From: Bacteroidales bacterium
GTDB lineage: Bacteria; Bacteroidota; Bacteroidia; Bacteroidales; JAYRGN01
Reading direction: 5' to 3'
Assembly (NCBI GenBank): GCA_041907825.1
Contig: JAYRGN010000004.1
Span: 36,814 to 100,813 of the forward strand
Length of the DNA stretch: 64,000 nt
A program made the position numbers and the translations under genes. The notes beneath the pieces are model-generated. The model saw only the letters and a list, made by a program, of their open reading frames with translations. It did not search any database and was not told the DNA's origin. Positions 47,888-57,505 of the stretch are shown here, piece by piece; position 1 is the first letter of the stretch; each line of letters starts with the position of its first letter.

Positions 47888-49103
47888 GAAATATAAGTGT
47901 TGAAAGATTTTCAGATACAAGAAGTTCATTGGCAACATCCTGCAAGTCTGAAGCGGTTAATGCTTCAATTTTAGTGTACACTTCTTTAAGTGTATCAATA
48001 TGTTCATAAAGCAAATGACTTTTGCCGATTGACAGCATTAAACTCTCGTTATTCTCTGCCGAAATTGCCAACTGCCCGATAAGTTGCCGCTTTGCTTTAT
48101 GTAACTGAATATTTCCCAGTTTAGTTTCCCTTAACTGTTTAAACTCTCTCATTACCAAAGAATTTGCTTTATCCAGATCTTCGCTATCAAGCGCAAAGTA
48201 GACACAAAAAATACCGGTGTCGCTGTACGGAGTATATGAAGATTCTATACTGTAAGTTAGCCCATTACGCTCACGTAAAGCTAAATTTAACCTTGAGTTC
48301 ATTCCCGGTCCTCCCAACAAGTTACTCAACAGAATTAAAGCCAGTCGTCGGGGATTATTGTAATCGTAAGCTGGACAACCTATAATACAATGAGTTTGTA
48401 TTGTATTATATTTTTCGCTGAGCAAACGAGACGAAGGCAATATTATATTAGTTCTCTTTTTCTTGCGAAGATTTTCAGGGATATTTCCGAAATATTTATC
48501 AACAATTTTCACAATACGATCTGGTTTAAGGCTACTTACAGAGCTTACTACAATCTGATCAGTATGATAATTATTGGCAACAAAACGCAAAGCATCTTCA
48601 CGAGTGTACCTTTTTATTTTTTCAGGAGTACCTAAAATAGATCGTCCCAGCGAATGTCCTCTGAAAATCAGATCCTCAAAATCATCGTATATCTGCTCTC
48701 CCGGATTATCACGAGTCGAATTTATCTCGTCAAGAATTACATCTTTTTCTCGTTCTATCTCTTTTTCAGGAAAAGTAGAATGAAAAACAAGATCGCTAAG
48801 AAGTTCAAAACTGCGTTCAGAATATGTTTTTAAAAAAGAAGCATGAACAACAGTCTCTTCTTTAGTGGTATACGCATTAAGATCTCCGCCAACATCATCT
48901 AATCTGGATAAAATATGATAGGCTTTACGGTGAGTTGTTCCCTTAAAAATAGCATGTTCCAAAAAATGAGCCATACCATGCTCTGATTCTTCTTCGTCGC
49001 GAGAACCTGCGTTAATAAAGATACCACAATGAGCGATATTCGACTTTATTTGTTTGTGTATTAATCTAATCCCGTTAGGGAGATGATATGTAAAAAATTC
49101 CAT
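47880..49103 (-). CDS. M16 family (pitrilysin/insulinase-like) zinc peptidase
   Basis: Contains the HxxEH zinc motif in GMAHFLEHAIFKGT. The start was trimmed to MEFFTYHLPNGIRLIH (ATG at 49103), because the longer ORF would run through the tRNA-Phe promoter. Confidence 0.85.
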   Translation of the reverse strand: MEFFTYHLPNGIRLIHKQIKSNIAHCGIFINAGSRDEEESEHGMAHFLEHAIFKGTTHRKAYHILSRLDDVGGDLNAYTTKEETVVHASFLKTYSERSFELLSDLVFHSTFPEKEIEREKDVILDEINSTRDNPGEQIYDDFEDLIFRGHSLGRSILGTPEKIKRYTREDALRFVANNYHTDQIVVSSVSSLKPDRIVKIVDKYFGNIPENLRKKKRTNIILPSSRLLSEKYNTIQTHCIIGCPAYDYNNPRRLALILLSNLLGGPGMNSRLNLALRERNGLTYSIESSYTPYSDTGIFCVYFALDSEDLDKANSLVMREFKQLRETKLGNIQLHKAKRQLIGQLAISAENNESLMLSIGKSHLLYEHIDTLKEVYTKIEALTASDLQDVANELLVSENLSTLIFHA

Positions 49104-49157
49104 TCGTATATTTTGTGATGTAAAAGTAAAAATAATAGCGTTTTTTTGAAGAAAAGA

Positions 49158-49188
49158 TTTGGAGGTTTCGAATAAATCCGTACTTTTG
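49158..49188 (+). promoter_or_regulatory. Candidate Bacteroidetes-type promoter for tRNA-Phe: TTTG (49158-49161), 19-nt spacer, TACTTTTG (49181-49188)
   Basis: Both elements match the -33 TTTG / -7 TAnnTTTG consensus with a 19-bp spacer. The tRNA 5' end is 21 bp downstream. Confidence 0.6.
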
Positions 49189-49208
49189 CACCGCAATCAC
49201 AACAAAGC

Positions 49209-49281
<73 letters not shown>

Positions 49282-49282
49282 C

Positions 49283-49314
49283 AAAAAAGGCTTCTCGAAA
49301 GAGAAGCCTTTTTT
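49283..49314 (+). terminator. Intrinsic terminator after tRNA-Phe
   Basis: aaaaaaggcttctc (49283-49296) pairs with gagaagcctttttt (49301-49314). Confidence 0.8.
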
Positions 49315-49413
49315 GTTTCTTTTCTCTATTACTTATCTGTATGTTTTTGTTAACATTCTTTTAGAAAACTTTCAATTAATAAAAAACACATTAAAAAGAA
49401 TATTTGATAGTTT

Positions 49414-49433
49414 TACATACCATTTAGTATGTA
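49414..49433. repeat. Palindromic box copy 1: TACATACCATTTAGTATGTA
   Basis: TACATAC and GTATGTA are inverted arms. The box differs from copy 2 at one position. Confidence 0.8.
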
Positions 49434-49577
49434 TTATTTTAATCATAAATATCTGATTAAATGATATATTATAATGTTTTTTAGTATTTCTAAAATTTAA
49501 ATTTCAAGATCAGAAATAAAAAATTAATCACTATATACCTTATTATAAATAATATAATTCTATAGTAAATAATCCAG

Positions 49578-49601
49578 CATACATACTATTTAGTATGTAT
49601 G
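49578..49601. repeat. Palindromic box copy 2: CATACATACTA-TT-TAGTATGTATG (perfect 11-2-11)
   Basis: The arms at 49578-49588 and 49591-49601 are exact reverse complements. The core at 49580-49599 matches copy 1 at 19 of 20 positions. Confidence 0.85.
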
Positions 49602-49727
49602 TATTTTGATCTGTAAAATTTCAACGATTATTAAAAGTATAATACATTATATATCTAGTATTTATAAGGAGTTTATTCCTCTCATCCTCTTTTGTCCCTC
49701 TCCTCTTTCAATTTTAAATTAAAGACA

Positions 49728-50507
49728 ATGAAAGCATTAAAAGTTTGTGCTATTGTCTCAATGTTTTTTTTCTCATCTTGTAGAGAGTGGATAGAATACA
49801 GTCCATATGATGTTGATATTCAAAGAGAATATCAGAATAAAGAAAACACCGAGCAAATAGCCAGTAACCTGCTAAAAGAAGGTGATACGCTAAAATTTGC
49901 AGTAATCTCTGATTCCCATAATTGGTATGACGAACTGCACGAAGCTGTTAACAGCATTAATAAACAAAAGGATATTCAGTTTGTAATATGCCTGGGAGAT
50001 ATTACCAATTGGGGTAACACACAAGAATTTGAATGGTATTATGATCAGATTAAAAGGCTCAAATACCCTTTAATCACTGCCATAGGAAACCACGATTATC
50101 TGGGAAACGGGGAAAAAATATTTACCCGAATGTTCGGCGAAACAAATTATAGCTTTAATGTAAACAGTTATAAATTCATCGTTTTTGATGACATCGTATG
50201 GGAACATAATAACCAAAGACCTGATTTTGAATGGCTTGATCAGCAAATGAAAGGTGAAACTCATAATATTCTTCTTTCACATATTCCTTTGTGGTCTAAC
50301 CAGTTAGAAGGTTCTAACAGCCAGAAATACGACAGCGTTTTACAAAATAATTCGCTCATTCTAGCTTTGCATGGACATGATCATATCAACAAAGACACTA
50401 TTCGTAATGGCATTCATCATGAATTAATAGGGTCTATGCTCTTACGCAAATACGCAATTATAAGCTTATATGGTAAATCTTATACTATAAAACGAATTAG
50501 TTTTTAG
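49728..50507 (+). CDS. Lipoprotein metallophosphoesterase (calcineurin-like)
   Basis: Has the lipobox MFFFSSC and the motifs FAVISDSHN, CLGDITNWG, AIGNHDY and ALHGHDH. The start was moved to the ATG (MKALKV); the track start at 49692 is a TTG. Confidence 0.8.
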   Translation: MKALKVCAIVSMFFFSSCREWIEYSPYDVDIQREYQNKENTEQIASNLLKEGDTLKFAVISDSHNWYDELHEAVNSINKQKDIQFVICLGDITNWGNTQEFEWYYDQIKRLKYPLITAIGNHDYLGNGEKIFTRMFGETNYSFNVNSYKFIVFDDIVWEHNNQRPDFEWLDQQMKGETHNILLSHIPLWSNQLEGSNSQKYDSVLQNNSLILALHGHDHINKDTIRNGIHHELIGSMLLRKYAIISLYGKSYTIKRISF

Positions 50508-51071
50508 ATGATTACAATAGTTTTTCTGATCATAGTAATACTGATTCCCGCTGTCGGTTTTGGAGCAGAACCAGTAAGGAATTATCTGATTCCCAAAACA
50601 GTACAACTTCAATATGCAGGAGATATGGGTTTAGTATCAATAGGGGCTGGTTATACGTTTATGCAAGATAAGGGGGCTGTTAATTTTATTTATGGTTACC
50701 TGCCCGAGTGGGTAAACGGAGTTGAAGTAAACACGATTGCAGTAAAAGGAACTTTTAAGTTATTACCTATTACTATAAATTCTAAATTAACGACTTCGAC
50801 ATATGTCGGAACAGCTGTTTTGCGATGTTTTGCTCACAATACTTATGTTAATTTTCCGAGCTATTTTCCTCATAAATACTATTTTACCAATGCTTTACAT
50901 GTATCAATTATACTTGGACAAAATTTTAAATTTAAACGTTTAAAAAACTTTAGCGTTTTTACCGAAATTTCAACACTCGATTATTACATGTATTATTACT
51001 TAAAGAATAAACACATTGATTTTCAGGATATTTGGAATATCAGTTTCGGGATCTCAGCTAAAATAAGGTAA
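50508..51071 (+). CDS. Hypothetical protein, beta-rich/aromatic-rich (possible outer-membrane partner)
   Basis: 187 aa. The ATG immediately follows the stop of the phosphoesterase gene (TAGATG). It has an N-terminal hydrophobic segment. I recognise no family. Confidence 0.5.
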   Translation: MITIVFLIIVILIPAVGFGAEPVRNYLIPKTVQLQYAGDMGLVSIGAGYTFMQDKGAVNFIYGYLPEWVNGVEVNTIAVKGTFKLLPITINSKLTTSTYVGTAVLRCFAHNTYVNFPSYFPHKYYFTNALHVSIILGQNFKFKRLKNFSVFTEISTLDYYMYYYLKNKHIDFQDIWNISFGISAKIR

Positions 51072-51095
51072 TTCTGAATTTATTTTAAAACAATC

Positions 51096-51127
51096 AAAAG
51101 CCGTTAATTATATGATTAACGGCTTTT
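51096..51127 (+). terminator. Intrinsic terminator
   Basis: aaaagccgttaat (51096-51108) pairs with attaacggctttt (51115-51127). Confidence 0.75.
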
Positions 51128-51160
51128 GATTTCATTTTGTTTTTCAAAACAGAAGAAAAC

Positions 51161-51188
51161 AAAAAAGCTCAGCAAATGCTGAGCTTTT
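51161..51188 (-). terminator. Terminator of the tRNA-Gly/tRNA-Leu unit
   Basis: The stem agctcagc-aaat-gctgagct is followed by a T-run on the minus strand (A-run 51161-51166 on plus). Confidence 0.7.
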
Positions 51189-51189
51189 G

Positions 51190-51274
51190 TACCTCGGGCG
51201 GGACTTGAACCCGCACGGCCGCAATGGCCACAGGATTTTAAGTCCTGCGTGTCTACCAGTTCCACCACCAAGGC
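51190..51274 (-). tRNA. tRNA-Leu (anticodon UAA), class II with long variable arm
   Basis: The 85-nt minus-strand sequence is GCCTTGGTGGTGGAACTGGTAGACACGCAGGACTTAAAATCCTGTGGCCATTGCGGCCGTGCGGGTTCAAGTCCCGCCCGAGGTA. The anticodon arm is CAGGA-CTTAAAA-TCCTG, the variable stem is GGCC/GGCC, and the T arm is GCGGG-TTCAAGT-CCCGC. The acceptor stem has G1-U72 and U5-G68 wobble pairs. Confidence 0.85.
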
Positions 51275-51331
51275 AAAATATCTCTGGTATATATTTTTGA
51301 TATAAAAAATCCCGATTTCTCGGGATGTTAG

Positions 51332-51404
51332 AGCGGGAAACGGGACTCGGACCCGCGACCCCAACCTTGGCAAGGTTGTGCTCTACCAACTGAGCTATTC
51401 CCGC
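51332..51404 (-). tRNA. tRNA-Gly (anticodon GCC)
   Basis: The 73-nt minus-strand sequence is GCGGGAATAGCTCAGTTGGTAGAGCACAACCTTGCCAAGGTTGGGGTCGCGGGTCCGAGTCCCGTTTCCCGCT. The anticodon arm is CAACC-TTGCCAA-GGTTG. Confidence 0.92.
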
Positions 51405-51467
51405 TTATTGTCATCTAACAACATAACTAACTTTGGTTTGCTGTAATGTTGTTTTGTTTTGACGTTG

Positions 51468-51498
51468 CAAAGGTATATAAAAAACCTAAACCTCCAAA
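51468..51498 (-). promoter_or_regulatory. Candidate promoter for the tRNA-Gly/tRNA-Leu unit: TTTG (reverse complement of 51495-51498), 19-nt spacer, TACCTTTG (reverse complement of 51468-51475)
   Basis: Matches the -33 / -7 consensus with a 19-bp spacer. The -7 box is about 64 nt upstream of the tRNA-Gly 5' end. Confidence 0.5.
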
Positions 51499-51539
51499 TT
51501 CTCCTGAATAATTTTTTTCAAAAAAATCGCGGAAATCCG

Positions 51540-54137
51540 CTACAAACCTGCAATTTTTTTGATTTCATTTAACTTGTTTAACGCTTCAATTGGCGTAAGC
51601 GTGTTAATATCAATATTTTTTATTTCATCACGAATCTTTTTAAGAACAGGATCATCCAACTGGAAAAAACTTAGTTGCATTCCTTCTTTTTTAGTTGCAA
51701 TATCGTTTACCGGCCTCGAAGGTACATTTTCATTGCGATCCGATTCCAATTGACGAAGAATTTCGTCGGCCCGATGTACCACACTTTTAGGCATTCCAGC
51801 CATTCGTGCCACATGGATACCAAAACTGTGTTCGCTTCCGCCTGGAACAAGTTTCCTTAGAAAAATAATTTTATTGCCAACTTCTTTTATCGAAATTTTA
51901 TAGTTGTGAATGCGAGCAAAGCTCTTTTCCATCTCGTTCAGTTCATGATAATGTGTAGCAAACAAGGTTCTGGCTTTAGCCGAAGGATGTTCATGTATAT
52001 ATTCAGCCATTGACCAGGCAATAGAGATGCCATCGTAAGTACTTGTACCTCTGCCAATTTCATCAAGAAGCACTAAACTGCGCGGCGAAAGATTATTTAA
52101 AATACTGGCCGATTCGGTCATTTCAACCATAAAAGTCGATTCGCCTGCCGAAATATTATCAGAAGCCCCTACCCTGGTGAAAATTTTATCGACCAAGCCA
52201 ATTTTAGCCGATTGTGCAGGCACAAAACAGCCAATCTGTGCCATAATTACAATAAGTGCGGTCTGGCGCAATAATGCCGATTTACCAGACATATTAGGCC
52301 CTGTAAGAATTATAATCTGCTGATTATGACTATCGAGTTCCAGATCATTGGCAACATATTCCTGATCACGGGGCAGCTGTTTTTCAATTACAGGATGGCG
52401 GCCTTGACGAATATCAAGTAAATCAGAATCTTCCAATTCGGACCGCACATAATTATTACTACGCGAAACTTCGGAGAACGAAAGCAACGTATCGAGCCTT
52501 CCAATTAATGCAGAATTGAGCTGTAAAGCCGGAATACATTCGCCCAACGATGCAACCATTTCATTAAAAAGTGTCTGCTCAAGTACCTGTATTTTTTCTT
52601 CGGCTCCTAATATTTTCTCTTCATACTCTTTCAGTTCAGCCGTGATATAACGTTCGGCATTTACCAGCGTCTGCTTACGAATCCAGTCCTGCGGAACTTT
52701 ATCTTTGTGTGTATTACGTACTTCTATGTAATAACCAAATACATTATTATAACTAATTTTCAACGAGGGTATTCCGGTCCTTTCACTCTCCCGTTGCTGA
52801 ACCTGAATAAGAACATCTTTTCCTGAAGTCTGAATATGTCGAAGCTCATCCAACTCAGCCGAAACGCCCGCTGCTATTACATAACCTTTTCCTATTTGAA
52901 CCGGAGGATCATTATGAATTGTACTGGCAATATGCGCAACAACAGAAGGAAGCGGATTAATTTGTTCAGCCAGACGTTTAAGCGCAGGAATACCCGAATT
53001 CATGCATGTTTCGCGAACAGGGAGCAAAGCAGCCAACGCAATCTTAAGCTGAAGGACTTCGCGTGGATTGATTCTTGCAAATGATATTTTGGAAACCATA
53101 CGTTCTAAATCTCCAATCTGGCGAAATTGCTCAGCTATAGTGTCTCCAACTTCATGATTATTGAGCAGATACTGAACTATATCCAACCGTTCGTTAATCG
53201 GCGCAATATCTTTTAAAGGTAAAGCCAGCCAGCGTCGAAGTGTTCTCCCACCCATCGGTGTAAGTGTTCGATCGATAACATCCGACAAAGTCCGGGCGCC
53301 TTCGTTAGGTGAATGAAAAAGTTCGAGATTACGAACCGTAAATTTATCAAGCCATACGTAATGATCTTCTTCTATCCGCGAAAGCGTTGCAATATGCGAT
53401 AAACAGGTATGACTTGTCATTTCGAGATACTGAAGTACAGCTCCAGCCGAAATAATAGACAATTCCATATTGCTGATTCCAAACCCTTTCAATGTTGTTG
53501 TCTGAAAATGTTTTAGCAAACGATCTTCAGCAGTTTCGCGGGTAAAAATCCAATCATCAAGTTTATACGTATAAAAACGTGTTCCAAAAGCCTCAGTAAA
53601 CTCGTTTGCTTTCGATTTTTCAAAAATAACTTCTTTAGGTTGAAAGCTATTAAGCAGTTTGTCAATGTATTCCAGAGAACCTTCGGCGGTGAGAAATTCG
53701 CCAGTCGAAAGATCGAGAAAAGAGACGCCAGCCACCGATTTACCGAAATGAACACTGGCCAGAAAATGATTTTCTTTATTTTCGAGCACATTATCGCTCA
53801 GCGCAACACCAGGCGTAACCAGCTCTGTAATACCTCGTTTTACAACCTTTTTAGTCTGAGATGGCAATTCGAGCTGTTCACAAATGGCAACGCGCTGCCC
53901 TGCTCGCACTAATCGGGGTAAATACGTATCAAGCGCATGATAAGGAAAGCCTGCCAGTTCAATAAACTGAGCCGAACCATTAGCTCTACGTGTAAGTGTA
54001 ATTCCAAGTATTTCAGACGCCTGAATAGCATCTTCGCCAAAAGTTTCGTAAAAATCGCCCACCCTGAACAACAGAATTGCATCCGGATGTTTGCTTTTAA
54101 TACTGATATACTGCTTCATCAAGGGCGTTTCGACCAT
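51540..54137 (-). CDS. mutS: DNA mismatch repair protein MutS
   Basis: 865 aa containing [30 protein letters not shown], the Walker A motif GPNMSGKS, and [12 protein letters not shown]. Confidence 0.95.
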   Translation of the reverse strand: MVETPLMKQYISIKSKHPDAILLFRVGDFYETFGEDAIQASEILGITLTRRANGSAQFIELAGFPYHALDTYLPRLVRAGQRVAICEQLELPSQTKKVVKRGITELVTPGVALSDNVLENKENHFLASVHFGKSVAGVSFLDLSTGEFLTAEGSLEYIDKLLNSFQPKEVIFEKSKANEFTEAFGTRFYTYKLDDWIFTRETAEDRLLKHFQTTTLKGFGISNMELSIISAGAVLQYLEMTSHTCLSHIATLSRIEEDHYVWLDKFTVRNLELFHSPNEGARTLSDVIDRTLTPMGGRTLRRWLALPLKDIAPINERLDIVQYLLNNHEVGDTIAEQFRQIGDLERMVSKISFARINPREVLQLKIALAALLPVRETCMNSGIPALKRLAEQINPLPSVVAHIASTIHNDPPVQIGKGYVIAAGVSAELDELRHIQTSGKDVLIQVQQRESERTGIPSLKISYNNVFGYYIEVRNTHKDKVPQDWIRKQTLVNAERYITAELKEYEEKILGAEEKIQVLEQTLFNEMVASLGECIPALQLNSALIGRLDTLLSFSEVSRSNNYVRSELEDSDLLDIRQGRHPVIEKQLPRDQEYVANDLELDSHNQQIIILTGPNMSGKSALLRQTALIVIMAQIGCFVPAQSAKIGLVDKIFTRVGASDNISAGESTFMVEMTESASILNNLSPRSLVLLDEIGRGTSTYDGISIAWSMAEYIHEHPSAKARTLFATHYHELNEMEKSFARIHNYKISIKEVGNKIIFLRKLVPGGSEHSFGIHVARMAGMPKSVVHRADEILRQLESDRNENVPSRPVNDIATKKEGMQLSFFQLDDPVLKKIRDEIKNIDINTLTPIEALNKLNEIKKIAGL

Positions 54138-54292
54138 GGCTGTTTATGTTTATAAAGTCTGGCTAAATTACATATTGCCCTTCGATTTGGCGTTAATTTT
54201 GCGCCATGAGATGTTAACAAGTTATTTACAATGCCACACAACAAAAGAAAAAAGATATTATTTTTAATGCTTTATCATATAAAAAATACCCC

Positions 54293-55408
54293 ATGAATTT
54301 GAATTTCAAAACCAACATTTTCAGTTGCTTCATTTCATCGCTGATTTTCGTCGGATGCGGAAATCGCTTACTCGAAAAAGGTTCCGTAGTGCAAAAAAAT
54401 TATACGGACACTATTCATTTTGACCGAAAACTTAACTGGATCACATTTCCAATAACTCTTAATGAAGTTCCAACAATCGTTATTTTCGATACCGGTGCCG
54501 GAATTTCAATCTTTAAGAATGATACAACTTCTGGCCAAAAGAACAACATGAATGTTGAAGATGCGCATGGAAAAAAGAAAAATCTGGAACTTGAAACGAA
54601 AAGCGATATTCGAATCGGAAAAATAAATTATAAGAATACATCGCTAGCCCGTACCGAGTTTATTACTAAACTCAACTGCATGTGTAGCGGTATCTTAGGA
54701 AACACCGTTTTACGAAAAAGCAACTGGCAGACAGACCTTAAGGCAAAGACACTCATACTTACGGATGGAGTAATCGACACAACGAACTCAACAGAATTAC
54801 CGCTACACTATTTATTTGGAAATCGGATATTTACTGATATTTCGATAAACAGAATTACAATAAAAAACTGTATGCTGGACTGGGGTGGAAGTTTTGAAAT
54901 TGAGTTACCCCTCAGCTTTTACGACAAATTATATACAACGGCAAAACCTCAAAATCAATATCATAAAATACAGACATCGTCTGGTTTATATGGAAAAGCA
55001 CTACCTGATACTTCGTTACGTGTTTTAGGTAAAATTCGTTTTTACAATTACGACATTGACAGCGTTGTTATTGCTTTTGGAAAACAAAAAGAATGCCGTA
55101 TTGGTACAAAATTTCTGGAACGTTTAAAAACAATGAGTGTTGATAATAGAAAACATAAATTATACCTTTCTAAAAAAATCCTGCCGCGCCAGTCTATTTA
55201 TCGCGATTTACCTTTTTCGGTCGATCTTGACAGTAGTAAATTTATTGTTGAAAATATTGTAATAGAAGACAGTGCGCAAGTAAAATTAAAATTGGGCGAC
55301 GAGATTTTACTTCTTAATAATAAAAAAGCTTCTGATTTTTTGGATTACTGCGAGTTTTTCAACTGGATGATGAAAATGGAAGCTATTACGTCTTTCCGTA
55401 AAAATTAA
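54293..55408 (+). CDS. Lipoprotein with two retropepsin-like (clan AA aspartyl protease) lobes and a PDZ-like C-terminus
   Basis: Has the lipobox (LIFVGC). Lobe 1 carries IVIFDTGAGISIF (D-T-G-A). Lobe 2 carries the degenerate MLDWGGSFEIEL. The C-terminus reads KLKLGDEILLLNNKKA. Confidence 0.65.
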   Translation: MNLNFKTNIFSCFISSLIFVGCGNRLLEKGSVVQKNYTDTIHFDRKLNWITFPITLNEVPTIVIFDTGAGISIFKNDTTSGQKNNMNVEDAHGKKKNLELETKSDIRIGKINYKNTSLARTEFITKLNCMCSGILGNTVLRKSNWQTDLKAKTLILTDGVIDTTNSTELPLHYLFGNRIFTDISINRITIKNCMLDWGGSFEIELPLSFYDKLYTTAKPQNQYHKIQTSSGLYGKALPDTSLRVLGKIRFYNYDIDSVVIAFGKQKECRIGTKFLERLKTMSVDNRKHKLYLSKKILPRQSIYRDLPFSVDLDSSKFIVENIVIEDSAQVKLKLGDEILLLNNKKASDFLDYCEFFNWMMKMEAITSFRKN

Positions 55409-55437
55409 AAGCCGACTGAAATTTTCAGTCGGCTTTT
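55407..55437 (+). terminator. Intrinsic terminator
   Basis: aaaagccgactga-aatt-tcagtcggctttt. Confidence 0.75.
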
Positions 55438-55662
55438 AAAAGAGGGCTTTGAATCAATAATAATTAAAAATTTCCTCAATCATCATCTTGTATTTTCTCT
55501 TTCTTTCATAAAAACGTAGTATCTGAACTTTAGGGTTTATTTATTACAATGATAAGCACAACAAAATTTCTTGGCAACAGCAATTTATTAAACGATAGAA
55601 AAATACGGATGAACGCCTGCATCTATTTATTTAACGCTATTTCCTTATAATCCCCAAAAAAG

Positions 55663-55694
55663 AGAGAGAGTATGTCTCACGACATACTCTCTCT
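55663..55694 (-). terminator. amtB intrinsic terminator
   Basis: agagagagtatgtc (55663-55676) pairs with gacatactctctct (55681-55694). A T-run follows on the minus strand (plus-strand aaaaaa at 55655-55660). Confidence 0.7.
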
Positions 55695-55733
55695 GTCAGC
55701 CTAGATAAATGAAAGAACAGAAAGATAAAACGA

Positions 55734-57083
55734 TTAATCAATTGCAGTATAAGCAGTTTCGCCGTGCATTGATTCGTCAAGACCAATAGCTTCAGCTTTA
55801 TCTGCAACTCTTATTCCTACTGTCTTCTCAACAATTTTAAAGAGAATAAAGGTTCCTACACCTGAGTAAACAATAGTTGCAAGAACAGAAATTAACTGAA
55901 TTAAGAATTGTTTTGGATTGCCATAAAATGCCCCACTATAAGCGGACTGAACAGCAGGTGTTGCTAATAAGCCGGTTGCAAGCGCACCGATAATACCACC
56001 AATACCGTGTACACCAAAAGCATCAAGAGAATCGTCGTATCCAAGTTTAGATTTTACGTATGCAACCATAATAAAACATACAATTGAAACGACAACACCA
56101 ATAATTAAAGCTCCGGTAACACCAACAAAACCAGCAGCAGGAGTTATGGCAACCAAACCAGCTACAGCACCGGTGCTTATACCAACCACTGTCGTTTTTT
56201 TGCCAATAATCCAATCTAATAAAGCCCAAACAAATGCAGCAGTTGCAGTTGCAAGATGAGTTGCAAGGAATGCACTAACGGCTAAACCATCAGCAGCCAA
56301 ACCACTACCGGCATTGAATCCAAACCAGCCAAACCAGAGTAAAGCAGCCCCAATGGCAACAAAAGGAATGTTATGAGGAGGAATTGCATGATTTACATAA
56401 TCGCGACGTTTGCCCAGCATCAAAGCAGTAACCAAGGCTGCTATACCAGCATTAATATGCACAACTGTACCTCCGGCAAAATCGAGAGTTCCTAATTTGA
56501 ATAACCAACCATCAGCCGACCAAACCCAGTGTGCAATAGGATTGTAGATAAATAAAGCCCAAAGAATGGTAAAGAACAAGAAACCTTTGAATTTAATACG
56601 TTCGGCAAAAGCACCAATGATAAGAGCAGGAGTAATAACCGCAAACATACATTGGAAAAGAACAAACAAAAGGTGAGGGATACGTTCGGTTGCCTGTGAG
56701 ATGTAGTACGGACTTACATCGTTAATACTGATACCTTTAAGAAAAGCCCAGTCAAAACCACCAATAAAAGGAGCCAGTGCTCCTTTAGAGCTTCCAAATG
56801 CAAGACTATAACCAACAACAACCCATTCAATACTGATTACGGCTGTAATAATAAAGCACTGCATCAAAACACTTAATATGTTTTTACGACGAACAAGACC
56901 TCCATAAAACAAGGCCAAACCGGGAATTGTCATTAACATTACAAGAGCAGAAGCCACAATAAGCCAAGCAGTGTTGCCTGCACTAATAACAGGCGTTGGG
57001 GCAGGTGCAGCAGCTGTCTGAGCACCAGCAGGCAAAATACATAATGTAAATAGTGCCGATATTGCGATCAAAAATTTTTTCAT
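55734..57083 (-). CDS. amtB: Ammonium transporter (Amt family)
   Basis: Multi-TM protein with the signal peptide MKKFLIAISALFTLCILPAGAQ and the motifs DFAGGTVVHINAG and FGVHGIGGIIGAL. The start was trimmed from 57125 to 57083. The longer form would overlap the glnK stop by 1 nt. Confidence 0.9.
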   Translation of the reverse strand: MKKFLIAISALFTLCILPAGAQTAAAPAPTPVISAGNTAWLIVASALVMLMTIPGLALFYGGLVRRKNILSVLMQCFIITAVISIEWVVVGYSLAFGSSKGALAPFIGGFDWAFLKGISINDVSPYYISQATERIPHLLFVLFQCMFAVITPALIIGAFAERIKFKGFLFFTILWALFIYNPIAHWVWSADGWLFKLGTLDFAGGTVVHINAGIAALVTALMLGKRRDYVNHAIPPHNIPFVAIGAALLWFGWFGFNAGSGLAADGLAVSAFLATHLATATAAFVWALLDWIIGKKTTVVGISTGAVAGLVAITPAAGFVGVTGALIIGVVVSIVCFIMVAYVKSKLGYDDSLDAFGVHGIGGIIGALATGLLATPAVQSAYSGAFYGNPKQFLIQLISVLATIVYSGVGTFILFKIVEKTVGIRVADKAEAIGLDESMHGETAYTAID

Positions 57084-57124
57084 CTGTTTAAATTTCATAA
57101 GTAAAACCATAAACAATAACTTCA

Positions 57125-57472
57125 TTATTCCTTGATGTATAAGGCTTCAGGGCCAGATTCGCCGGTACGGATACGGTAGGTCGATTCGATATCGGAAACA
57201 AAGATTTTTCCATCACCCATTTCGCCCGTACGTGCGGCATTCATAATTGCATTAATAGTTCTTTCAAGATTCTGGTCTCGTACCACTATCGACAACATTC
57301 TGCGCTGTATATAGCTCGACTGAAATACTTGTCCACGAACAAGTAAATCTTCTTTCGATTTTCCAACTCCGGTAATATCCCAATAAGAGAACCATTCGAT
57401 ACCGGCATCGTACAAAGCCTGTTTTACTTCGTCAAACTTTGCTTTTCGGATTACTGCTTCAATCTTTTTCAT
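57125..57472 (-). CDS. glnK: P-II family nitrogen regulatory protein
   Basis: 115 aa containing MKKIEAVIRKAKFDEVKQAL...GDGKIFVSDIESTYRIRTGE. It lies directly upstream of amtB. Confidence 0.9.
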   Translation of the reverse strand: MKKIEAVIRKAKFDEVKQALYDAGIEWFSYWDITGVGKSKEDLLVRGQVFQSSYIQRRMLSIVVRDQNLERTINAIMNAARTGEMGDGKIFVSDIESTYRIRTGESGPEALYIKE

Positions 57473-57505
57473 GACAAATAATATTTTTAGTAGAGGTTTT
57501 TTACT

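Noticed and set aside
49321-49680. A replication origin (AT-rich tract with repeated boxes)
   Set aside because: There are no DnaA-box matches (TTATCCACA or its complement) and no dnaA or dnaN nearby. The repeated box is a palindrome typical of dimeric regulators.
51116-51389. Two minus-strand ORFs of 85 and 81 aa
   Set aside because: They lie entirely across the tRNA-Leu and tRNA-Gly genes and their terminators. These are typical shadow ORFs of tRNA sequence.
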